From a bacterium (GTDB taxonomy: Bacteria > SZUA-182 > DTGQ01): a stretch of DNA of 27,582 bases. The stretch covers positions 1-27,582 of the forward strand of contig JBFMGO010000083.1 of assembly GCA_040752695.1 (NCBI GenBank), read 5' to 3'. Shown in pieces: positions 8,335 to 16,700 of the stretch (position 1 is the stretch's first letter; every line of letters begins with the position of its first letter). Under the pieces are notes generated by a model that was not told the DNA's origin, ran no database searches, and saw nothing but the letters and a program-made list of their open reading frames with translations. The position numbers and the translations under genes are program-made.

Positions 8335-8852
8335 GGTTCTTCTTTCTCCTCATCAGGTGTATTCTCCTCTTTGCCTCCGATAACGACGGCCCCGATCAGG
8401 GCTACCAGCAAGATTATGGACACAATCTCGAAGGGGAGAACATAATGAACGAACATAACCTTGCCAATCGCTTCCGGCGCCATGATGATTGACGGCTGAT
8501 GGGCCTGCACCGGCCACTTGGTGGTTATGATGCCGAACATCAACAAACCGAAAAGAACAACCGAAGTAATGAAGGCAGGCACTCTTTTAGGGTGATCGAG
8601 CGCCCGGACCACACCTTTGGCCGGTTTGGTAAGCATCAGAGCGAACAGCAGCATGATGGACACCCCGCCTGCATAGATCAATACCTGCACCCCTGCCATG
8701 AATTCGGCATACAAAAGAATGTAGATGCCGGCTATGCCCAGTAAGGCCAGAACATGGGAATAAATACTGCGGGCGATATTATCCGCTGAAACCATGACGA
8801 TTCCGGCGACAATAGTAATAATGGCTAAGATAATGAAGATAAAAAGTTGCAT
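8331..8852 (-). CDS. nuoJ: NADH-quinone oxidoreductase subunit J
   Basis: AEFMAGVQVLIYAGGVSIMLLFALML, YVLPFEIVSIILLVALIGA; ATG 8852 with GGGGAAG upstream. Confidence 0.93.
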   Translation of the reverse strand: MQLFIFIILAIITIVAGIVMVSADNIARSIYSHVLALLGIAGIYILLYAEFMAGVQVLIYAGGVSIMLLFALMLTKPAKGVVRALDHPKRVPAFITSVVLFGLLMFGIITTKWPVQAHQPSIIMAPEAIGKVMFVHYVLPFEIVSIILLVALIGAVVIGGKEENTPDEEKEEP

Positions 8853-8882
8853 AACTTCCCCTGGAGCTTGATCATGAGGCAA

Positions 8883-8905
8883 TCAAAGGGCCCCACGACC
8901 CTTGA
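8883..8905 (-). other. Intercistronic hairpin between nuoI and nuoJ
   Basis: mRNA UCAAGGGUC-GUGG-GGCCCUUUGA immediately after the nuoI stop. Confidence 0.45.
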
Positions 8906-8907
8906 GC

Positions 8908-9321
8908 TCAAACGTCCACCATAATCTTATCTATGGTATAAATCAAGTCATTTTTATCGTACGTAGCCAATTCATACTCATGCGTCATGATCAAGGCACC
9001 GAAAGGACATGCCTCGACACACAAACCGCAATACATGCACCTTGCGACATCTATGGTGTATTCCTTGGGAAACTTCTTTTTTTCTCCTTTTTCCGGATCG
9101 CCCGCTCCTGCAACAATCTGAATGATATTATCCGGACATGCCCTGGCACAGACTCCGCAGGCAACGCATTTCAATTCACCGGTTTCCTTGCTGCGAACCA
9201 GCCCGACCCGCCCGCGGAAACGCTCCTTCAGGACCGGTTTTTCCTTTGGATACTGCTGGGTAATCGGCTTGTCGAAAAGGTGGCTTATGGTAAGCCTCAT
9301 CCCGGTTAAAATCCCTTTCAT
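8908..9321 (-). CDS. nuoI: NADH-quinone oxidoreductase subunit I (2x[4Fe-4S])
   Basis: TQQYP...RFRG, CVACGVCARACP and CMYCGLCVEACP. Confidence 0.95.
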   Translation of the reverse strand: MKGILTGMRLTISHLFDKPITQQYPKEKPVLKERFRGRVGLVRSKETGELKCVACGVCARACPDNIIQIVAGAGDPEKGEKKKFPKEYTIDVARCMYCGLCVEACPFGALIMTHEYELATYDKNDLIYTIDKIMVDV

Positions 9322-9364
9322 GGTTTCATTACTCCTTATCCTTGCTCCTTATCCTTTTGCCTTT

Positions 9365-10336
9365 TTAATATATCTTCAGCATGATTAACAACCCGGTAAT
9401 GACAACGTTCACCAAAGCTGCCGGCAGCAGAATCTTCCATCCCAGGGACATCAACTGGTCAGCCCGCACCCTTGGCAGGGTAGACCGGGTCCAAAACAGG
9501 ATGAATATCAGGCTGAAGGTTTTGATGAAAAACCAGACCAGCCCCGGCAGCACCGGACCGTACCATCCTCCCAGAAACATGGTCGTGCAAATGGAGCACA
9601 GGGTAAAAAGACCGATGTATTCGGCCATGAGCAGGAGGGCAAACCGCATACCGGAATACTCGACATGGAAACCGGCGACCAGTTCCGACTCTGCTTCCGG
9701 CAGGTCGAAGGGAACCCGGCAAATCTCGGCATTTAACGCGATAAAGAAAATAATAAAAGCCAGCGGCTGCTTGAAGATGTACCAGTTGAAGATATTCCAG
9801 GTGCAGCCCTGAGCATTGGCGATATTGTTTAAATTCATGGTCCCGGCCATCATGATGACCGCCAGAGCGGATAATCCCATGGGCAGTTCGTAGCTGACAA
9901 ACTGACCGATGGAGCGCATGCAGCCTAAGAGGGAGTATTTATTATGAGATGACCAGCCAGCCATCATATACCCGACGGTGGATATGGATAAAACAGCCAT
10001 CACGTAGAAAATTCCCATATTCAAATTTGCTGCTTTTATGGTGGAAGTGAACGGAATGGCAGCCATGACCATGAAGGCAGGAATAAAAACGACAAATGGC
10101 GCGGCGGTGTAAATAATGTAATCGACACCGCTCGGTATGCTCATCTCCTTGACGACCATCTTCATGGCGTCGGCAATGGGCTGAAGCAGGCCGTGATAGC
10201 CGGTCCTCATCGGCCCCAGGCGGTACTGGAAATGGGCCAGCGCCTTTCTTTCCAGCCACATGGAAGAAAGCAGAATGATGAGCAGTCCAACAAGCATGCC
10301 AATGGCTACGAGAAACTGTATTCCGATGCTGACCAT
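9365..10336 (-). CDS. nuoH: NADH-quinone oxidoreductase subunit H
   Basis: ERKALAHFQYRLGP, GLLQPIADAMK, RVPFDLPEAESELVAGFHVEYSG, LPRVRADQ. Confidence 0.96.
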   Translation of the reverse strand: MVSIGIQFLVAIGMLVGLLIILLSSMWLERKALAHFQYRLGPMRTGYHGLLQPIADAMKMVVKEMSIPSGVDYIIYTAAPFVVFIPAFMVMAAIPFTSTIKAANLNMGIFYVMAVLSISTVGYMMAGWSSHNKYSLLGCMRSIGQFVSYELPMGLSALAVIMMAGTMNLNNIANAQGCTWNIFNWYIFKQPLAFIIFFIALNAEICRVPFDLPEAESELVAGFHVEYSGMRFALLLMAEYIGLFTLCSICTTMFLGGWYGPVLPGLVWFFIKTFSLIFILFWTRSTLPRVRADQLMSLGWKILLPAALVNVVITGLLIMLKIY

Positions 10337-11431
10337 TTAGCGATCTACCTCCCCCATGCAAATATCCACCGTGCTGAAGGTAGCAATTACATCGGCTACC
10401 AGCACACCAGGCAGGACATATTGCAATATCTGCAGGTTTACAAAGGCAGGACTGCGGAATTTGATCCGGTAAGGGGTCTTATCCCCGGCGCCGATAATGT
10501 ACACTCCCTGCTCTCCTACCGAAGTCTCGGTTCGAAAGTATCCTTCCCCGTCAATCTTGATCACCTTGGGAACCTTGGCACAAATCTCTCCATCCGGCAT
10601 CCTCTCGGCCGCCTGACGGACAATCTTGTTTGATTCCCTCATTTCCTGTAAACGTAAGTTATACCGGTCAAGATTATCCCCCTTTGTCCCTACCGGAACG
10701 GAAAATTCAAAATCCTCGTAAGAGGAGTAGGGTTCGGCCTTGCGGATATCGTACTCGATCCCGGTGCTTCGCAGGATAGGTCCGGTGATTCCCAGATTTA
10801 CAGCCAACTCCTTTGACAAAACGGAGATTCCTTTCATTCTGGATAGGAATATCTCGTTTCCTGACAGAAGTGCTTCATATTCATCGACGATCTTGGGAAG
10901 CCGTTGGGTGAAAGCCACTATCCGATCGAGAATCCCCTCAGGCAGGTCCTCTTTTACGCCTCCGATTCGAAAATAGTTAAAGGTAAGCCTGGCCCCGGAG
11001 ATTTCCTCCATGAAGTCCAAAATGGTCTCCCGGTCCTTAAAGGAATAAAAGAAGGGAGTCAACGCGCCAAGGTCCATGCCCAGAGCGCCAAAGAAGATCA
11101 TGTGATTTTGCATTCTTGATAATTCAGCCATCATGACGCGGATGTACTGGGCTCTTTTGGGAACCTCGATACCGAGCAGGCTCTCGACAGCCAGACAATA
11201 GGTCAGTTCATTCTGGAATGCATTGGCATAGTGTAACCGATCGGTAAGGGCGATGATTTGCGGATAGGTTCGAGTCTCGGCTAATTTTTCAATCCCACGA
11301 TGTAAATAGCCGAGATGAGGCTGGCACATTACCACTCGCTCCCCATCAAGCTCCAGCATCATGCGGAAGACACCGTGTGTGCTGGGATGCTGGGGACCCA
11401 TGTTTAAAAACTGCGTTGTCTTAATTGCCAC
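10337..11431 (-). CDS. nuoD: NADH-quinone oxidoreductase subunit D
   Basis: NMGPQHPSTHGVFR, GYLHRGIEK, DRLHY, terminal GEVDR; no NiFe-binding CxxC pairs; GTG start. Confidence 0.95.
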   Translation of the reverse strand: MAIKTTQFLNMGPQHPSTHGVFRMMLELDGERVVMCQPHLGYLHRGIEKLAETRTYPQIIALTDRLHYANAFQNELTYCLAVESLLGIEVPKRAQYIRVMMAELSRMQNHMIFFGALGMDLGALTPFFYSFKDRETILDFMEEISGARLTFNYFRIGGVKEDLPEGILDRIVAFTQRLPKIVDEYEALLSGNEIFLSRMKGISVLSKELAVNLGITGPILRSTGIEYDIRKAEPYSSYEDFEFSVPVGTKGDNLDRYNLRLQEMRESNKIVRQAAERMPDGEICAKVPKVIKIDGEGYFRTETSVGEQGVYIIGAGDKTPYRIKFRSPAFVNLQILQYVLPGVLVADVIATFSTVDICMGEVDR

Positions 11432-11480
11432 GTGCTCTATAACCTCAATAAAAGCAGTAATAGTGATTATGGAAAGTAAT

Positions 11481-11996
11481 TTATGATTGATTAGACAACA
11501 GGAAATCCTTTCTTAATGGAAAACCTTCAAAGTCCTCTCTGAGCAGTAAATGCCTCGGATCAGGATGTCCCGTGAAGGTGATTCCCAGCATCTCTGCTGT
11601 TTCCCGCTCATGCCAGTCCGCTCCCTTGAAAACAGGATAAAGGGAGGGAACTTTCGGTTTTTCCCGGGGGATTTTGACCTTGACCGTGATCTTATGCTTT
11701 CTGGTTATTGAACAAAGGTGATAAACTATTTCCAGGCATTCTCCTCTGTCAACACCGCACAGGCAGCGGGGATGATTGAAAGCCAGTTCCGATTCTTTGA
11801 GGAACGTGCACACCTCAAGGAGATTTTCGGCAGATACCCAGATGGCCAGTTCCTTGTTGATCACCTGGGATTGTTGAATCTTCTGGCCGAAAGCTTTGGC
11901 CAGGGCCGCCTCTATTTCCTCAGGGCTCAATGGCTTTGCGGAAAAAGCATCCGCCTTGTCGTCAGGTGTCGGGCTTGTTTTGATCTTACCCTTCAA
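11481..11996 (-). CDS. nuoC: NADH-quinone oxidoreductase subunit C
   Basis: [27 protein letters not shown]...[11 protein letters not shown] start overlaps the nuoB stop. Confidence 0.93.
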   Translation of the reverse strand: MKGKIKTSPTPDDKADAFSAKPLSPEEIEAALAKAFGQKIQQSQVINKELAIWVSAENLLEVCTFLKESELAFNHPRCLCGVDRGECLEIVYHLCSITRKHKITVKVKIPREKPKVPSLYPVFKGADWHERETAEMLGITFTGHPDPRHLLLREDFEGFPLRKDFLLSNQS

Positions 11997-12538
11997 CTTC
12001 TTATCCCCCAGGCAGAGTTGAAAGCGCTTTTGGCGTTATTCATGATTTTTTCCTGCAATTTGACTACCCCGTTCATCAAAGCCTCCGGCCTCGGCGGACA
12101 GCCAGGGACATAAACGTCAATCGGCAGAACCTTGTCTATGCCGGGCAGGACATTGTAAGAATTATAAAACGGACCTCCACTGTTGGCACAGCTTCCCAGG
12201 GAAATGACCCACTTGGGCTCGGGCATCATCCCATAGAGCCTTTTGACTACCGGCAGCATTTTATAGGTGACTGTTCCGGCTACAATCATCAGATCCGCCT
12301 GCTTCGGTGTAGCCCTCGGCAGCACTCCGCTTCTTTCATTGAAATCGTAAGTGGCTGAACCCGCAGCCAGCATTTCAATGGCGCATCAGGCCGTGCCAAA
12401 GGTAAGCATAAATAAGGATGATTTTCTGGCCCATCCGCGAACAAGCTCCAGGGTGCCGGTGATGATATTAAAATCCTGCCCTTCTGAATACGCGGTCTTA
12501 TCAAAAGTAATGATAGGCTGATCCTGCTGTTGATCCAT
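11993..12538 (-). CDS. nuoB: NADH-quinone oxidoreductase subunit B, predicted selenoprotein (TGA = Sec51)
   Basis: ATG 12538 with AAGGA upstream reads [12 protein letters not shown]...[18 protein letters not shown][TGA]CAIEMLAAG in frame with the 11993..12373 ORF. TGA at 12386-12388 replaces the first Cys of the canonical ACCAIEM. The other ligands, GSCANSGG and VPGCPPRPE, are intact. 181 aa. Confidence 0.9.
12337..12380 (-). promoter_or_regulatory. Putative bacterial SECIS element in nuoB
   Basis: mRNA after UGA-UGCGC: CAUUGAAAU-GC-UGGCUG-[CGGGUU]-CAGCCA-CUUACG-AUUUCAAUG. 9-bp lower stem, 6-bp upper stem, G-containing apical loop 22 nt after the UGA. Confidence 0.75.
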
Positions 12539-12664
12539 GCTCTTTATCCTTATTCTCTTTATCAGTTTTGTCCGTATGCTTCTCTTGTTCGAGCTTTTCT
12601 CTCTTAAGTGTTGCGGTTTTCTCTCTTTACGTTCTTCTTTGCCCGATCCTGAATTTTTCTTAGC

Positions 12665-13033
12665 TTAAACCCACCTTAAGACGTTCTTTTTCCAGGCGTA
12701 AACTAAACCCAGAGCTATGATGGCAATAAAGCTGAACATTTCGAAAAAAGCTACCCAGCCCATGTCTCGAAATACAACTGCCCATGGATACATGAATACC
12801 GTTTCGACATCGAAGAGTACAAAGAGAAGGGCGAAAACATAATACCGAATGTTAAGTTGCCCCCAGGGTTCTCCAATAGGGACAAGTCCGCATTCATAGG
12901 GAAATGATTTTTCTTTTGAGGGACGGTGAGGGGCAAGGATCCTGCTGACCGTAAGAACTATCATTACATATAAAAGACCGACCAGCGCAAAGATCGCTAT
13001 ATAGGAATACTCTTGCAGGAATTGCTCTACCAT
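12665..13033 (-). CDS. nuoA: NADH-quinone oxidoreductase subunit A
   Basis: KSFPYECG, RYYVFALLFVLFDVETVFMYPWA, YAWKKNVLRW. Confidence 0.96.
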   Translation of the reverse strand: MVEQFLQEYSYIAIFALVGLLYVMIVLTVSRILAPHRPSKEKSFPYECGLVPIGEPWGQLNIRYYVFALLFVLFDVETVFMYPWAVVFRDMGWVAFFEMFSFIAIIALGLVYAWKKNVLRWV

Positions 13034-13163
13034 TTTGCTACACTCTCCAACCTTTAACTTTCCCCAACCCGCCTTTACTTTCTTTAACTCATCTTAACGT
13101 TCTTCAACCCACGTTTTATTCGAAACCCGAGCCGTCCTTCCTTGCAGGTTTGAATGTATTTAC

Positions 13164-13192
13164 ATCATAACAGCACCTGAAAAACTTGTCAA
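13164..13192 (-). promoter_or_regulatory. Sigma70 promoter of the nuo operon
   Basis: Minus strand TTGACA-17 nt-TATGAT with extended -10 TGn, about 130 nt upstream of nuoA. Confidence 0.75.
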
Positions 13193-13426
13193 TCGAAAAA
13201 TCAAACGAAGTTTTAACATAATGAGATTATTGCCATCCAAAATATTGGAAACGAAAAAAATATCATGTAAATCAAATAATTAGTCAGATAAAAAAGTGAA
13301 AAAAAATCCGCTACCTGCGTGATTTTTGGATAGTGAATTTTTTAAGTTTGATATAATAAAACAGTATTTGAAATGTCGAGATCATAGCATTATAATCGGA
13401 TGTTTTTCTAAAAAATCGTTACTCCA

Positions 13427-13443
13427 TGCTTTTAATATGCCAA
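13427..13443 (-). promoter_or_regulatory. Possible sigma54 (-24/-12) promoter pointing towards the nuo operon
   Basis: TTGGCATATTAAAAGCA has exact GG-N10-GC spacing; the -12 element (AAGCA) deviates from TTGCA. Confidence 0.3.
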
Positions 13444-13748
13444 TGATGGAGGGAGAAATGCGATAGATACAAACGGGTAAGAATGGGTAAAAATACGGCT
13501 TTTCATCTATTGCCTTCGTTGCCGGGTGAGAATGTGCCTGTTTGTGACTGGATCTTTTCCATGAATATTAATATAATATATATATATCTTATTTAATTTT
13601 GAATAGTGGTATAGTGTTGCCTCTTGTCTGGCGAAACTCAGCATCTTAAGGGCACACGAGGCCCGCTTTGGTAGGCAGTGCTTCGACAGGCACCGGAACA
13701 TTATATTTTAAAATACCTCACTACAGGCAGAGAGAAGGAGGTTAGAGC

Positions 13749-16700
13749 GTGTGTAAGGGTAAAAAAATTCCTCTCGTAACGATTGGGGTCAGTTTCCTTG
13801 TTTTTTTCTGTTTTCCCCTCCGGGTTTACTCATTCGATGGATCTTTGCCGATCTATAAATCCGATACGTGTCGAGAATGCCATTGTAATCCTGAACTTCC
13901 TTCACCCCTTCCACCGCAGATAAGGAAAGATCATGGCAATCATCCATCAGGCAGAAAGTGGGCCGATACGTCCTGCGCGGTTTCAGGGTGCCACAGCAGT
14001 GGCTCTTGTACTGATAAATTCAGGCTGGATGGATATGAACACAACGATTCAGAAGTATCTTTCTGGCAATTGAAACCTCTCCCTTTTCATGAGCGAAAAT
14101 TTGATTGCATCTCCTGTCACTCATCTCATCATGAGAACAATGGAGAAGACCCTCTTGTTTTGAATGGCAATCCGAGCCACTTACTCTATGCTGATTTTCA
14201 AAATGATAATCCCGCTTTTTGCGAGTACTGCCATGGCGGTTGTAAGGCATCCCCAAAGGGCGCACTATCTCACCTGGCAGCGAATAATGGGAAACATTAC
14301 AAAACGATAGATAATTCCCCTATCGTACGGACAACTATTACTGCCGCAGGCGAAAAGGTTGTACGCAGATGCGGTGGGTGTATGTTCTGCCACTTTATTC
14401 ATTTGGATCAGGATGACCCGCGGGATGTACCTAAAACATCATGGCCGGAGGATAAGGCGGGGGAGACCTTTATCCAAGCGGACATCAATGCCTTGATGCG
14501 GGTGCCGCCCCGGCCGCTCGAGTGGGGAAATCAGGGTACCCCATCGGGAAGTAATCCGATAGGCCGCTATGAGGCCTTATGCTATGGGTGTCACGGCTAT
14601 CCAGCCATAGTTGGCGGTTATGGCGAGAATGGAAGCTTGCTGAAACCCGAAGGGATGAACTTCAGTCATCGTTTTGCCTGCAAGCCTTCAAGTGAGAATA
14701 CTATTACCAATACCGGTGTGGGAGCGGGTAAATTCCCATTGGCGGATGGCAAGCCCGGTGCACCTGGCGGTATCATGGATGACTACGGTACGGCGGCCGG
14801 GCAAATCTATTGTGGTACGTGCCATGATGTGCACAATAATCAGAAGCCTCCCTATTTGTATCAATTAAGTCCCTATGATGTTGCCTCACCCTATAAGTCT
14901 GATGATGGAGGCAGTGTCGTGACTTCCCAGGCTGCAAGAGATGGTTTTTGCGAACAGTGCCATTGCTCCGTAGATAATCCTGATCCAATGCATCGAGGCG
15001 CAACCCACCCAGTCGGAAAAAGGGTTCTTCCTCTTCCTCCCAAAACGGTAGAAAAATTTACGGATATCTTCTTTTGTGGAGGGAGCGGACTTCCTTATGG
15101 CATTACGTATTCTCAGAGCGGCGGCAAGGGTGGGGTGATCTGTTTGACATGCCATAATGTACACGCGGCATCAACCTCCTGGAATGGGACAGTGCCTGGT
15201 GAGACCACATCTGCCGGCAGGCCGGGAACTCATGGCCGTCTGCTCGTCAAGGACAATAATGCATCGCCTCCTGGCGGTAACCTCTGTCAGGGCTGCCATA
15301 ATCGATTCTCGGTTGACGGATCACCGCTCTATGGCGGGCACTTGTGTACTCAGCGCGATACCGGAGAGGAAATCCAGGTTTGTGCTGCCTGCCACAGGCC
15401 GCACGGAGCGAAAGGGAATAAAATCTGGGCGCGTGATTTATCCCCGGCAGGCACGGAAATCAAGACAAAAGACCTGTGCGTGAGTTGTCACCATCGGCCG
15501 AACAACGAGTTTTGCAAAATCTCTTCCGGCTTAACGTTCAGGGATAAGGGAGGGACACCCCAATGGGATGGCATACCGAGTAAGGATAGCAGTTATAATA
15601 ATAAAAATGGAAATGTTTTTGAATTGCAAAGAGGTGAAACTGACCGCAGCGCTGATCATGTCATGGGAGAAAAAGCAAGGAGGGGTGTTGAAGGTACTTC
15701 GATGACTGCCGAAGTGCCTCATGAACTCCGTCACTTCAGTGAGGATGAGGGCTTTTATTGTGGATCGTGCCATGATCCACACAAACAGCCAAATGGAAAG
15801 ATAGATGGAAACGGTGATTACCTGCGGGTTATGTATGGCGTGGATGCAGGGACTACTCACAACCGCAGGAAATTTTGCAGGCAGTGCCACCCCAGCAAAG
15901 GGGCCAGGATTAGGATCCATGATGAGGGCTCAGATCCACAATGTGAAGCATGCCATAGGCCCCACGATGGGTATAAATATGAAAATGATGACGATCCGAG
16001 AGAAAGACTCATCTTTGTGGATTATCTCCCTTTAACAGAGCCTTTCCAATTCCCGTATACTCCTGAGCTTTTTGACCTTTCCTCACAGACAAGTGTCTTT
16101 TACAAATCCACTCATTGTACATCGTGTCATTTAAGCTACAAAGATCCTGACGGCAGGTCTCTATGGCCGTGTGCTCCAAAACTTAGCAAGACTCGCGGCC
16201 ATCATCCCATGGGCCGCCCCTGGCAGAAAACCTCTTGCGCAGTTTCCGGGTGCCATACGGTTAATTTGCCTGCCGCCCTTGGTCTTTTCAGATTAGACGG
16301 TTACGCTAGAACCGCGGATGGTCAGGTTCAAGACCCGCTTCCAGACAGCGATCCGAGAAAGATCTTCAGTTGCATCTCCTGTCATGCAGCTCATACCGAT
16401 GCGGTCCCGGGCAATGAAAAGTTCTTGCTTTATGATAATTTTAAAGATGATGCTACTGCCTATTGTGAACATTGCCATACTTCCGCATCAGAGAGTACGG
16501 CAAGAAGCAGATTCACACCGCATGCTAAAACGAAAGAGGTTCTCAGAGGGAAGCATTTACAGAGCAAGTCAACAAGTCCCAATGGGCGAGGGGGTTGTAT
16601 GTTCTGTCATTTCACTCACCTGAACGATACAAACGACCTTGGCGGAAGATCCAGGGCTCTTCCTGAAAAGGCCAGAGTGAGTCAAGTCCCGACACAGATC

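Noticed and set aside
8883..8910. nuoI TGA stop followed by a hairpin as a second Sec site
   Set aside because: NuoI is already complete, the TGA is not at a Cys position, the loop is only ~11 nt from the UGA, and read-through stops again after 11 codons.
4925..12113. Numerous plus-strand ORFs (e.g. 5396..6091, 9381..9812, 10193..10633) opposite the nuo genes, and similar shadow ORFs elsewhere
   Set aside because: Antisense shadows of well-supported genes with no recognisable motifs.
11993..12538. nuoB as a pseudogene, or as a 126-aa protein starting at 12373
   Set aside because: The short form lacks two of the four N2 ligands. The only lesion is a TGA precisely on a Cys position, with a SECIS-like hairpin behind it, and all other nuo genes are intact.
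10337..12538. Group 4 [NiFe]-hydrogenase (Ech/Hyc) interpretation of the operon
   Set aside because: The large subunit has no N- or C-terminal CxxC nickel ligands and ends GEVDR like NuoD; nuoA, J and K are present.
13507..13701. 64-aa minus-strand ORF in the divergent promoter region
   Set aside because: Runs through the (TA)n tract and promoter elements, with no RBS or recognisable domain.
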